From Candidatus Bathyarchaeota archaeon (lineage in GTDB: Archaea > Thermoproteota > Bathyarchaeia > Bathyarchaeales > Bathycorpusculaceae): 64,000 nt of DNA. The stretch is taken from NCBI GenBank assembly GCA_963772455.1, contig CAVYXJ010000012.1:128001-192000 (forward strand). Direction: 5' to 3'. Both the position numbers and the translations under genes were made by a program. Below, one piece after another: positions 1 through 10,390 of this stretch (within the stretch, counting starts at the first letter, position 1; every line of letters begins with the position of its first letter). The notes beneath the pieces are model-generated. The model saw only the letters and a list, made by a program, of their open reading frames with translations. It was not told where the DNA came from and did not search any database.

Positions 1-319
1 TGCAAGAATTACTATTATGAAACGTATAGAAACGAGTTTTTTCAGGGAAGCTTCCATTTTGAAGGATCAACAGGTAGAAGTACCATGTAAGATGCATTAT
101 TATTTAATTTTATTGATAATCACTAACTTCTTTGTTAAAAGATACGTCAGCTTTTTCGTGGAATCAATAGAATTGTAAAAATTAAACAAGGAAAAAAATT
201 CCGTTTACAAGTGAATGACGAAAATTCTTCGTTCTGGACTTAAAGAAACCAACATCGTCATTATTCATAACAATTTTAGCCTAACTCAAATTATTTAAGC
301 ATATTTGAAAAATAGCATT

Positions 320-631
320 TTACAATTTCATGATTTGAGCGTGAGGCACGCCTTCAATTTTTATCACTGCTTCAGGATGAACGTATCCTTGGGCAATGGC
401 GGTTTCAACACAGTTCTTGCCAACAAGGTTTACAATTGTTGAATTGTTAATCAAGCCAACCGCCTCATCAACGGTTGCTTTTCGTCCATTATAGAACTCT
501 TCTTTTATTTTAAAAACAATTTTTCCCTCTCGAAGAGTTCGACCAAGCAAATCGCAATCGCAAACTGCTAAGAGAACGTTTTTGCCCGCTTTTTTGATGT
601 TAAGATAGACTTCCAATATTAATTCGCTCAT
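320..631 (-). CDS. DUF424 family protein
   Basis: LLAVCDCDLLG...EEFYNG...IVNLVGKNCVETAI...G.VHP...IEGVPHAQ pattern; overlaps the aIF-2beta stop (conserved archaeal pairing). Confidence 0.85.
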   Translation of the reverse strand: MSELILEVYLNIKKAGKNVLLAVCDCDLLGRTLREGKIVFKIKEEFYNGRKATVDEAVGLINNSTIVNLVGKNCVETAIAQGYVHPEAVIKIEGVPHAQIMKL

Positions 632-1038
632 AACTGCTTAATACTTGATTTAGCACCGCAGGCATTACATACAAGGAAAGATAACCGTTTTTCCTTAACT
701 ATTCTAGTGTCGGGACGTTTACAAACTGGACATATAACATAACCCTCTAAATATCGCTGCAGCAATCGTTCAAAGCTGTCTCTTTGGAATTTGCCTTGAA
801 ATATTGCACGTGAATCATGGAAGGTGGCTGCTGTAGCCATTTCTCGAGTTAAAAACTTTATTACATGTTGTGGATCACGGTCTAATGCATCTGATATTTC
901 CTTGAAGTTGGATATTATAGTGCGCATACCTACTGTGTTCATGAATATTCGGGGAAGTTCTAGACGTTCGCGTTTTTCAGAGACTTGAGGCATTTGAGCG
1001 CAGGCTCGCTTAAGCAGATCATCATAATTGAAAGTCAT
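628..1038 (-). CDS. eif2b: Translation initiation factor aIF-2 subunit beta
   Basis: YDDLLKRA, TIISNFKEI..L.RDP.H..KFL.REMAT, zinc ribbon YVICPVCKRPDT...CNACGA. Confidence 0.95.
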   Translation of the reverse strand: MTFNYDDLLKRACAQMPQVSEKRERLELPRIFMNTVGMRTIISNFKEISDALDRDPQHVIKFLTREMATAATFHDSRAIFQGKFQRDSFERLLQRYLEGYVICPVCKRPDTRIVKEKRLSFLVCNACGAKSSIKQL

Positions 1039-1125
1039 GTTTCTATCTCACCCAATCAAGGTATTAGCACATATTTAAAATTTTAACATGCAAAAACAAC
1101 ATTACAAGGGCAATGCGGACTTTCC

Positions 1126-1165
1126 TAAAGTAAATCAATATAAGTTAAAGTAAATCAATATAAAT
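1126..1165. repeat. 20-bp tandem duplication containing a TATA-like element
   Basis: taaagtaaatcaatataagt / taaagtaaatcaatataaat in the divergent intergenic region. Confidence 0.85.
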
Positions 1166-1218
1166 TCCGATAGCAAGCTAAGTATGAACTCGCAACATAA
1201 CTTTACAGAGGCTAACGC

Positions 1219-2169
1219 GTGACAGAGAATCAAAAAACAAGCCAAGATGGAAACATAAATCTACAAATTGACAAAATAAAAAAGCAAATTGGTGAAGCTA
1301 ACAACCAAATTAAGAAGTACGTTGAGAAACGAAACCAATTGCATGAGCAGGTACGCAAGTCTCGCGACGAAATTAATCAAATGAAAATTGAAAGAGATAC
1401 CTTGAATGAGAAGGTAAGGTTGCTTAAGGAACAAAGAGATCTTATCAGAGTCAAAGCAACCCCAATTATGGAAGAAGTAAAGGTTATAGATGAAAAAATC
1501 GCGGAACTCAAAAAAACCGTGCCACATGTGAATCAACGTGCATTGCAAGAAGAGCTCGATGCGGTTGAATGGAAAATTTCTACCACTTCAGTTGACCTTC
1601 AAGAAGAGAAAAGGTTGGTTGGTGAAGTGAAAGAACTTGAAATTCAGTTAAAAGGTTACAAAAAAATAGATAAAAAACATCAAAAAATTAAAGAATTAAT
1701 TTCTCAACGCAAAGTTTTTGATGCGCAGGCAGATGTATTTCATAAAGAATTAACAGATTTAGCCCAGAAGAGCCAAGAATTGCACACTAAAATGATTGAA
1801 AAAATAACCGCTTTGAAAAAGGATAAGGCTGAAGCTGATAGCTTGCATCAAGCGTTTGTTAAAGCAAAGGATCAAAACGCTCTTTGGTATGAACAAATTA
1901 AGCAGTTGATTGATCAAAATAGAGGGTTGAGGGTTGCAGTTAGAGAATTTGATTTAACTAAGAGAAAAGAAGAGGACGCTAAAAGACAAATAGAACAAGC
2001 TAAGTGGAGAGAAGAACAAGCCAAAAGAGCAGTTAAAGAAAAAGAAATTAAAGAAAAAATAGGGTCTGAAGCTCGCGAAAAACTGCAACGAGGCGAGAAA
2101 GTCAATTGGGAAGAGTTCCAATTCATGTTGGGCGATGAAGAAGAGGACGAAACAAAAGCACAAGATTAA
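1219..2169 (+). CDS. Archaeal coiled-coil protein (COG1340-like)
   Basis: K/E/Q-rich heptads; EWKISTTSVDLQEEKRLV and AREKLQRGEKVNWEEF motifs. Confidence 0.8.
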   Translation: MTENQKTSQDGNINLQIDKIKKQIGEANNQIKKYVEKRNQLHEQVRKSRDEINQMKIERDTLNEKVRLLKEQRDLIRVKATPIMEEVKVIDEKIAELKKTVPHVNQRALQEELDAVEWKISTTSVDLQEEKRLVGEVKELEIQLKGYKKIDKKHQKIKELISQRKVFDAQADVFHKELTDLAQKSQELHTKMIEKITALKKDKAEADSLHQAFVKAKDQNALWYEQIKQLIDQNRGLRVAVREFDLTKRKEEDAKRQIEQAKWREEQAKRAVKEKEIKEKIGSEAREKLQRGEKVNWEEFQFMLGDEEEDETKAQD

Positions 2170-2207
2170 AGTCAACTAGCAGCATTAAAATGGGTTAGAG
2201 ATTCGAG

Positions 2208-3440
2208 ATGGCTAAACGGGAAACGCAACAGCAGACGCAAAAGCGTATCCTAATTTTATGTGTTGATAGAGATGGAGATCTGGAAGTTAAAGCTGCTGTT
2301 AAGACCCCTTTGCTTGGAAGATCCTCTAACCTCGATGGTGCAGTTGCATTAGCTCTCAAAGACCCTGAAGAACCAGACGCTAATGCTATGTTTGAAGCAG
2401 TTAGACTTTTTGACCGGTTGCAAGATGAGAGGCAACCAGATGAAACCTTTGAAGTAGCAACTATTTCTGGAAACGATTTAGGCGGTGTAAGTGCAGATCG
2501 AAAACTAGTTTCAGAGCTGAATAGTTTGCTTGGTTCTTTTAACGCTAATGAAGTTATTCTGGTAACTGACGGATATTCAGATGAGGCGGTTTTGCCGCTA
2601 GTAGAATCTAGGGTGCCAGTTTCTTCTGTTAGACGCATAGTAATAAAACATAGTGAGTCAATCGAAGAAACTGCAGCGGTCTTCACAAAATATATTCGTT
2701 TACTTGTAGATAATCCAAGATATGCTCGAATGGCTCTCGGATTACCCGGTATTTTGGTTTTAATTTTCGGTATTTTGTGGGCGATTGATAATTTTCTCTA
2801 TAAAGGTGCAATTTACTATTTCGGCATTGCCTTTGTAATAGTTCTTGGCGGCTTCCTTTTGCTCAAAGGTTTTGGAGTTGATAGAGCAACTAAAGATGCC
2901 TACAAATGGGCAAAAGACTACACACCCCCAGCACTTCCGATACAATTTTCTAACTACACAATTATTGCGGGAATACTTTGCATTGCTGTAAGTGTTTATT
3001 TGGGGATAGTAAACGTTAACATCAGCGCAGCACCGTTTCCCAGCGACTTAGGTGGCTGGTTGGGTGCTACACCAAAAATAGCCACGTTCTTCATTAAAGG
3101 ACTCGATACTTTGCTAGTTGTGGGTATAGCCATAATTCTCATTGGAAGAAGCATACGATTATACTTTGAAAAGGATTCAAGATTATTGCGAAATGCTGCC
3201 TTAATCGTTTCAGTTGCTTGGTCATATTGGGTTCTAGAAGGAACAGCGAACGTAATAATTCATTATTATCAAGATTCATCAGCAGTTGTTGGTTTAAATG
3301 ATCCAATTTTCGCGAGTTTTCTATTTACAATTATTGTTGGCATACTAATTGGTGTAGCTTCTGTGCTCCTGATTTACATAGTTAACAGGTCAGCAAAAGG
3401 TTTCTTTAAGAAAAGAGAAGAAATAACAGAAGAACTGTAG
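2208..3440 (+). CDS. DUF373 family membrane protein
   Basis: LILCVDRDGDL..K, DPEEPDANAMF, LVTDGYSDE, IVIKHSESIE, then multiple TM helices. Confidence 0.9.
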   Translation: MAKRETQQQTQKRILILCVDRDGDLEVKAAVKTPLLGRSSNLDGAVALALKDPEEPDANAMFEAVRLFDRLQDERQPDETFEVATISGNDLGGVSADRKLVSELNSLLGSFNANEVILVTDGYSDEAVLPLVESRVPVSSVRRIVIKHSESIEETAAVFTKYIRLLVDNPRYARMALGLPGILVLIFGILWAIDNFLYKGAIYYFGIAFVIVLGGFLLLKGFGVDRATKDAYKWAKDYTPPALPIQFSNYTIIAGILCIAVSVYLGIVNVNISAAPFPSDLGGWLGATPKIATFFIKGLDTLLVVGIAIILIGRSIRLYFEKDSRLLRNAALIVSVAWSYWVLEGTANVIIHYYQDSSAVVGLNDPIFASFLFTIIVGILIGVASVLLIYIVNRSAKGFFKKREEITEEL

Positions 3441-3560
3441 ATTCTCTCACAAGTCTGATAATATTTTTTAGGATAAGCTTTAATTGAAACAATAAAGGTT
3501 TTAGATAGAGTGCACGACCAAAATGCATTGCAAATCCTTTAGACAAAAGAGGTTCAACTA

Positions 3561-4356
3561 GTGCTTCAAAGAGTTCTTTCTGTTATTGGCGCCTATAAGA
3601 TTTACGAGAAATGGCTATGGCTTCAGGTCAAAAACGGAATTAAACCCGAACACATAGCTATAATTCTTGATGGAAATAGACGATGGGCAAACGATCAGGA
3701 AAATAACCCTTGGCTAGTGGATAAGTGGGGACACAAACAAGGCGCTGACACAGTTGAACAGCTTTTAGATTGGTGCCAAATGTTCGGGCTCAAATATGTC
3801 ACATTATACACGTTTTCTACAGAGAATTTTACCCGCAACCCAGAAGAAATAGCTAAAATAATGCAGATTGCTGAAGAAAGATTCCGTAAACTGTTAACTG
3901 ATGAGCGTGTACACAGAAATAAGGTTCATGTAAAGATTATCGGCAGAGTTAACCTTTTACCAGCCAGCTTGCAGAAGGCAATTGAAGATGTTGAGAAGGC
4001 TACAGAGAATTATGATTGTTACTTTTGGAATTTTGCTTTTGCATATGGTGGAAGAGCAGAAATTGTGGATGCTGCAAAAACTATAGCAAGAAAAGTAAAG
4101 AGTGGTGAATTAGACGTCGATGAAGTCAACGAAACTACGTTTGAAAAATATCTCTATACATCGCATATGACCAAACAGGATCCTGATATGATTATTCGTA
4201 CTTCTGGGAGAAGAAAGATTAAGTGGGTTCCTGCTTTGGCAAGCTGCTTATAGTGAACTTCTTTTCCTGGATGTTTACTGGCCTGACTTCCGCTTAATCG
4301 ACTTGTTAAGGGCGATCAGGGTGTTTCAGCACCGCAAACGCCGTTTCGGAACATAA
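3561..4356 (+). CDS. uppS: cis-prenyltransferase (undecaprenyl/polyprenyl diphosphate synthase); one extra G near 4207
   Basis: [43 protein letters not shown]; the shifted frame continues [27 protein letters not shown]...RKRRFGT* to 4356. Confidence 0.92.
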
Positions 4357-4415
4357 AAAATTTATGCACGTTTTTATGCGCTCACAATGCTAATGATGTC
4401 ACGGTCAATTAACCA

Positions 4416-5054
4416 TTAATATTTGTGGTATTTGCGCCGCTTTTTGCTTTTAGGTTTTCTAAGTTGTTCACCGCATTTGGCGCAGTATGCTTTTCCTTTA
4501 GATACTGGAAGAACTCTGCCTGCTCTCCAGAAATGGCCGTTCGGACAGCTAAGGTCAAAGTTGAAAGCTTGTGTTTCGTAGTCTAGCGGATTGGTTATGA
4601 CATCTTCTTCGGTTGAGAGGTTGTTTTTTATGATTTCATGCGGGGCAGAGACCACGGCTGGGATAATTAGTTTTGACGGAAAATATGGTTCTTCTTGTAC
4701 TTTGACTTTGGTTTCGGCGGTCTTTTTTAATTCAACCTTTTTTGATGAGCGGAAAATTGATGTTTTAGCCAGCTTAGCTATCACGTCTTTATGTTTCAGA
4801 TAAACCGTCGCGGCGGTGACTGGCTTGGCCGCTTTAGCTTGGAGAACGGTCTTGACTGGTTTTGCGGAAGAAAAAACTTTGGTTGAAACAGGGACGGTGG
4901 CTTGCGCTGCCCAGTCTGGGGCGTCAGCTTTAGCCTTCTTTTTGGGTGAGGCTTTCTTGATTCTTATCAGTGTAGCAGTTGTTGAGGTCTTGCATTCGGG
5001 GCAGTTTTCACTGTATTCTTTGAGTCGTCGTCCACATTTTCGGCAAAAAGGCAT
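4416..5054 (-). CDS. Double zinc-ribbon protein with a Lys/Ala-rich linker
   Basis: N-terminal CRKC..CPEC; C-terminal CPNGH..CAKC; basic tail. Confidence 0.7.
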   Translation of the reverse strand: MPFCRKCGRRLKEYSENCPECKTSTTATLIRIKKASPKKKAKADAPDWAAQATVPVSTKVFSSAKPVKTVLQAKAAKPVTAATVYLKHKDVIAKLAKTSIFRSSKKVELKKTAETKVKVQEEPYFPSKLIIPAVVSAPHEIIKNNLSTEEDVITNPLDYETQAFNFDLSCPNGHFWRAGRVLPVSKGKAYCAKCGEQLRKPKSKKRRKYHKY

Positions 5055-5321
5055 AAGCTCACTTTGAATTTTAGAAAAAGTGTGCTGCTCCCTTTAAACT
5101 TTAACATATCAAGCGAATATTGTTGCATGCATTAGGACACCGGTAACTATTATGCCGCCCTCGAAAATTAATAAGGAATCCAAAATTTATTACAACACTC
5201 TTAAGAGAAAACTGTGTGGATTCACGGTTTTATAGGATTGTCTTCGCCGATTTGCGTTGTCTCTAGCTTGGATGTGGGGCAGGTTTCAATTAAAAAAAAT
5301 AAAATATTTTTGGTTTAGACT

Positions 5322-6546
5322 TTACGATCGTTTTTTGGCGCTAATAATCGAAATTACGTCTCGGTCTTTTAGGATGGCGTCTTCGCCGATTCTACGTTTG
5401 TCGCGGGCATCAATGGCGTATAGGAAGTTTTCTCCGAGTTCAGTGTGGATTATGTAAGCGAATAGGTGTGCTGTTGTGCCTTTTGGGATGAGGTATGCGT
5501 CGGGTAGGATGCGTCCGTTGTGGTCGGTAAAGTGTTCTAAGTCTTCAACTGGATAAACAGTTATCATGTCGAGTAGTTTGAAGTATGCGGTGTTTATGGC
5601 TTCTTGCACTCCAGTAGACCCGTTTGTAGCTAAGATCTTTATCTTTTATTGCCTCAAGCCCTTTAATTTGGCCAGCCGACAACTTTTCAGGTTGCGTTAT
5701 CTTGAAAGTGTTGTCGCCAGGTTTATAATCGACCAACTGTTTCTCTGCGGCACGTCTAAGACCCAATTCGGCCTCAGCGCTACATGAAATCACGACATAG
5801 TCAAGTTTTTTTAAGCGTTCAATGTTTGCTTGCGCTGTGGGCAAATCAATTTTATTTGCAACAATCAACATCGGTTTAGCTATTCGCCGTAAGTTGTCTA
5901 CGAAACGGTAAAAGTCATCATCCGTCCAAGATACAGGTCTATCAAGGTTCAAGTTGGCTCTTCGAACTGCCTCAGCTACGTATTGACGCTTAATGCTTAA
6001 ACCTGCTAAGCGGTCTTCCAGATGGTGAATGAGACCTTTTTTGTCCGTTTCCGCTGTTCTAGAGATTTTGGACCAGTCTTTTTTGAGAATGGTGAGCATC
6101 CACATGTTAATTTCTTTTTCCAGAAACTGTACGTCTTCGATTGGATCATGTTCGCCTGGTTTGCAGCTTTTGCCTTCGCAGTCGGTTCCGCCTGAAGCAT
6201 CAACTACGTGGATGAGGGCGTCTGCTCGGCGGATTTCGTCTAGGAACTGGTTTCCTAAGCCGCGTCCTTCCCAAGCACCCGGCACGATACCTGCTATATC
6301 CACAATTTCTACGGGAACAAGGCGTGCGCCGTCAAGGCAGACTGAGTTTCGCGGGTTGTCTTTGACTTTGAAGTCTTCGTGGACACATTTGGTTCGAACG
6401 TATCCGACGCCGCGGTTGGGTTTTATGGTGGTAAAGGGGTAATTGGCTATTTCAGCCGCCACTAAAGTTGCTGCGCTAAAGAAAGTTGATTTTCCAGTAT
6501 TTGGTTTTCCAACTACTCCAAGTAAACGCGAGTAAGATCTTTGCAT
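5322..6546 (-). CDS. ychF: YchF/Obg-family ATPase with C-terminal TGS domain; frameshift near 5638
   Basis: GKPNTGKST, NYPFTTI.PN, DIAGIVPGA..GRGLGNQFL, NKID; TGS part (AYIIHTELGENFLYAIDAR) in ORF 5322..5609. Confidence 0.92.
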
Positions 6547-6698
6547 AAGTATTCCTGTTTTATTGTTGCGTTAAGGGCTATATTACTTGTGTTTTTAAAA
6601 AACAAAAAGCATTCTGCAAATATGCGAAGATTTGTTGTATAGATTTGAAAACCATCATCATAATAAATATGATACTCATAATTCAACCTGAATAGTAG

Positions 6699-9275
6699 AT
6701 GAAGTCCATTAGATCCGAAGATTTTCTTCGTTTAAGTAATAAATTTTTTGTCTTCATGTTCATTTCATTAATTATCATTGGTTTTGTTGCTCAAAATGAA
6801 ACTCAAAAAGAATCTGATAAACCAACTCAACAATGGGTTGCGCATCCAATGTATATTTCGCCTTTTGCAGGAACCCCCAATCCGACGGGTTATTCGCCGA
6901 ATCAAATAAGAACAGCCTATAATTTGCCTTCTTCAGGAGGCGCAGGAAGCACAATTGCAATAATAGATGCTTACCATACTCCCAACATCTTGAGTTATTA
7001 CAACTATTTTTCTAGTCAATATAATCTTCCAGACAATACCACAGGCAACTTTATTGTTCACTCAATGGCTCAAAATATGCAAACAAACAGCGAATGGGCA
7101 ATGGAAACTTGTCTAGATGTCGAATGGGCTCATGCAATAGCTCCAGACGCAAAAATATTGTTAGTTGAAGCCGTTTCACCTGATGACACAGATCTTCTAT
7201 CAGCCATTGATTATGCAACAAGTCAACCAGGAGTTGTTGCCGTTTCTATGAGTTGGGGTGGTAATGAATTTGCAGCCGAAGTATACAATAGTGTTAATAA
7301 TCATTTTATTAGACCTGGCATAACTTTTTTTGCTTCTTCAGGTGATGATGGCACAAGTACCATGTGGCCTGCTGTCTCCCCAAATGTTGTTAGTGTAGGA
7401 GGAACCACTCTTCTTCTGGCTGCAAATGGAAGAGTAAATGCTGAGACTGCTTGGAATTTTAGCAGTGGTGGGTTAAGTGAATATTTCATTAAACCCTCTT
7501 TCCAAACAAATTACGGATTACCTTATTCTGCTCGAGCTGTACCTGATGTTTCTTATAATGGAAACCCTGCCACTGGAGTTGCTGTGTACAATGGTACATG
7601 GTGGAAGGTGGGAGGAACAAGTGCTGGAGCACCTCAATGGGCAGCTATCCACGCGTTAGGACTCTCAGCAACGAACATCAACCTCTACCAAAGGGCGAAA
7701 TCAGCTTATTCAACTTATTTTAGAGATATTACTGTCGGCTCAAGCGGATCCTACTCAGCAGAGATAGGTTATGATTGTGTTACTGGTTTAGGCAGCCCGT
7801 TAACTTTCAAGTTCGCAACAACTCTTGAAGTTTCCCCAACCTTAGGTCCTCCCAACGGGGCAATTAGTCTTAATGGATTTGGCTTCACAGCCGGCAGTTC
7901 CGTAAATATTTCTTATTTGAATCCAATAACTTCCAAATGGGTTTCAATAATCAACAACTCTGCGACCGATTCTGGAAATTTCACTTATAGCATGAACGCT
8001 CCTGATTTAGCTCAAAATAGCACTGCAGGAGACCATCAAGCACAATTCGACAACATTATTTTCAGAGCCCAAGACAACAGCAATAGCCGCTCTTACTACA
8101 CGACTATTCCATATTCTCAGGGACGTAGAGGGTTAATTCAAATAGGCAATAATGAAGCAGCAGGATTATTTGGAAATAACACAAATTTAGCTTCAACTGT
8201 TTTTGTTCAAAATGGTCAATTTTTAGGAATTTCTGGAAGCTGGTTTAGTCCGGGATATGCATCTTTAGTATTTGATGAATCATTAAACATAGGTTCAGTA
8301 AGTATCGATGAAACCGGAGGTTTTAATGCAAACATCCAGATACCAATCATAGCGCCGGGGCAACATAGACTTTCAATAAACGATGGCATCAATTCTTTCT
8401 GCATCAATTTTACTCGTTTACCTAAAATCTCCAACGATTACGTGGATGGTTGGAACTCACAGGATATTACAATTAACCTTACACCTGACTACCCCATGAA
8501 TGAAACCTTTTATCGAATAAACGACGGCCCCGTCTATAACATTTCAAGCATTGGAAGCCCCATTATAACAACTGAAAGCAGCAACAACACTTTGGAATAT
8601 TGGAGTACTTGGAATGTTTACGGAACAACCCTAAGTGAAATCCCTCATATGACAATATCAGGAATTAAACTTGATAAGACCCCACCAACAGGATCCTTAA
8701 CATTTGAATCATCCACTTCTCAAACAACTTCAGTGATTCTGTCTTTATCCGCGACCGATGATACATCTGGAGTTGCTCAAATGCGTTTTTCCAATGACAA
8801 CTTTACTTGGTCTGTTTGGGAACCTTATCAAACAATTAAGACATGGACTCTTTTAGATGGCGAGGGATTGAAAACCGTGTTTGTTCAATTCAATAATAAC
8901 GCAGGTCTAACGTCAACGTACAGTAATACTTTAACTCTCGAAATTCCACTTCCCTCTGCAACCCCAAATCCAACCAACATACCCATTGCTACCCCAGCTG
9001 TTATCCCATCTGAAACTCCTGAAACAACAAATAGCCCGATTTCAACATTATCTCCAACGTCAACTCCCCATCAGTCACCAATACTTACAACTTCACCAAC
9101 TCAAAGATCAAATCCAACTTTGAACCCCGACTTGAATAATGATATTTTACCAAGTAATTCACAAACGCCACCAGCCTTACCTGAAATTCCACTATGGACT
9201 CTTACAATTTTTGTCTTATTGTCACTATTAATTGCGCCAGTAATTAAGAAAAAGACGAAACTAAACCATAAGTAA
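6699..9275 (+). CDS. Membrane-anchored S53 (sedolisin/kumamolisin-like) peptidase with Ig-like domains and a P/T linker
   Basis: ETCLDVEW (Glu/Asp), SSGDDG, GGTSAGAP (Ser), GYDCVTGLGS Ca site; C-terminal LPEIP + TM + KKK. Confidence 0.9.
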   Translation: MKSIRSEDFLRLSNKFFVFMFISLIIIGFVAQNETQKESDKPTQQWVAHPMYISPFAGTPNPTGYSPNQIRTAYNLPSSGGAGSTIAIIDAYHTPNILSYYNYFSSQYNLPDNTTGNFIVHSMAQNMQTNSEWAMETCLDVEWAHAIAPDAKILLVEAVSPDDTDLLSAIDYATSQPGVVAVSMSWGGNEFAAEVYNSVNNHFIRPGITFFASSGDDGTSTMWPAVSPNVVSVGGTTLLLAANGRVNAETAWNFSSGGLSEYFIKPSFQTNYGLPYSARAVPDVSYNGNPATGVAVYNGTWWKVGGTSAGAPQWAAIHALGLSATNINLYQRAKSAYSTYFRDITVGSSGSYSAEIGYDCVTGLGSPLTFKFATTLEVSPTLGPPNGAISLNGFGFTAGSSVNISYLNPITSKWVSIINNSATDSGNFTYSMNAPDLAQNSTAGDHQAQFDNIIFRAQDNSNSRSYYTTIPYSQGRRGLIQIGNNEAAGLFGNNTNLASTVFVQNGQFLGISGSWFSPGYASLVFDESLNIGSVSIDETGGFNANIQIPIIAPGQHRLSINDGINSFCINFTRLPKISNDYVDGWNSQDITINLTPDYPMNETFYRINDGPVYNISSIGSPIITTESSNNTLEYWSTWNVYGTTLSEIPHMTISGIKLDKTPPTGSLTFESSTSQTTSVILSLSATDDTSGVAQMRFSNDNFTWSVWEPYQTIKTWTLLDGEGLKTVFVQFNNNAGLTSTYSNTLTLEIPLPSATPNPTNIPIATPAVIPSETPETTNSPISTLSPTSTPHQSPILTTSPTQRSNPTLNPDLNNDILPSNSQTPPALPEIPLWTLTIFVLLSLLIAPVIKKKTKLNHK

Positions 9276-9295
9276 ACATTGTTCAAATTTTTTAA

Positions 9296-10106
9296 TTAAA
9301 ATAAATCAGGTTCAGATTCCTTTGAAGGTTCTTGAGAAACTTTAGGTTGTACTAGTTTCTTCAAAGTTTTGTGGCATTTGCTGCATTCAAACATCTCATT
9401 GCCGCATGACGGACAGAATATTTCTTGCTTTATCATGCGATCTAAAAGCTCGAGCAATTCTGCTTTATTCTTTACCTCGCGTGGAGATTCTTCCCGCACA
9501 AAATCATTAGCCGCCTTTTCTGGTTGTGGGTTTTCATTGGTGACTATTTCTTGATATACCTTTGAGATGCTGGTTTTTCCTTCCCTTAGCTTTTGTTTTT
9601 CATCTTCACTAGCTTTTTCCATTATTTTTTTACCGCGTTCAAGGGTTCGGGTAGAAACACCTGCTTTTTTGGCCACAATATCAGTTGCTTTTGCCTTTAA
9701 CTCAGGCGTAGCGTCATCTGACGCTATCCCCAATTGCATATCTCGACCATCTTTGCCTCCTTTGGATTGTCTTGACTTTGCAAGAGCTTTTTCAATTTCA
9801 AGCAGAGGAACAGCTAATTCAACAAGCTGGAAGTTGTTGAGGTGGCGACGTCTTAGGTTTGCTTCAATAACGAATTTCTTTTCATGAAGTTTGTCATCGA
9901 ATTTGCGAACTTCAAAATCTGGTTCGATACCAAGTGCCATACAAGCTCGAAAGCGGTGGTGTCCATCTAAAACTTCTAGGTCTTCATTAACGATTATTGG
10001 GTAGTGTTGGCCTTCGGTTTGTATTGAAGCTTTGAGTTCCTGCGAATTCTTCATCGGACATTCTTGGAAGTAGTTTGTCGTATTCGGGGTTTAAACGTAA
10101 ACTCAT
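9296..10106 (-). CDS. ParB/Srx N-terminal domain protein with HTH-like region and C-terminal zinc ribbon; frameshift near 10040
   Basis: Reconstructed start MSLRLNPEYDKLLPRMSDEEF..LKASI; PIIVN...LDGHHRFRAC, EANLRRRHLN, VAKKAGVSTRTLER, CPSC..CSKC. Confidence 0.85.
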
Positions 10107-10250
10107 GGATACCGCCTTCTTCTTTGTTTGAATTATTATTTAAGGTGAAGGGTCAAAGAAGTGTGCCAAAGTTGAAATTTTTAAATAAACAACAACTTCT
10201 TGCTTGTTGACTTTGCTTGAAGCAATCTTTGCGCCAAATAATATATTTGA

Positions 10251-10288
10251 GAGAAGAAGAAGAGAAAAAAATTTGCATTCTTCTTCTC
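10251..10288. promoter_or_regulatory. 11-bp inverted repeat upstream of the parB-like gene
   Basis: gagaagaagaa-N16-ttcttcttctc. Confidence 0.45.
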
Positions 10289-10390
10289 TTCTACAAAAAT
10301 TTAGTTCATACCCTTTTACAACTGGGGATATTGCGGTGTCTTATTACGCTTTTCAGTTAGAAAAGGTGCCTTTTCGTCAAACTTTCTTTA

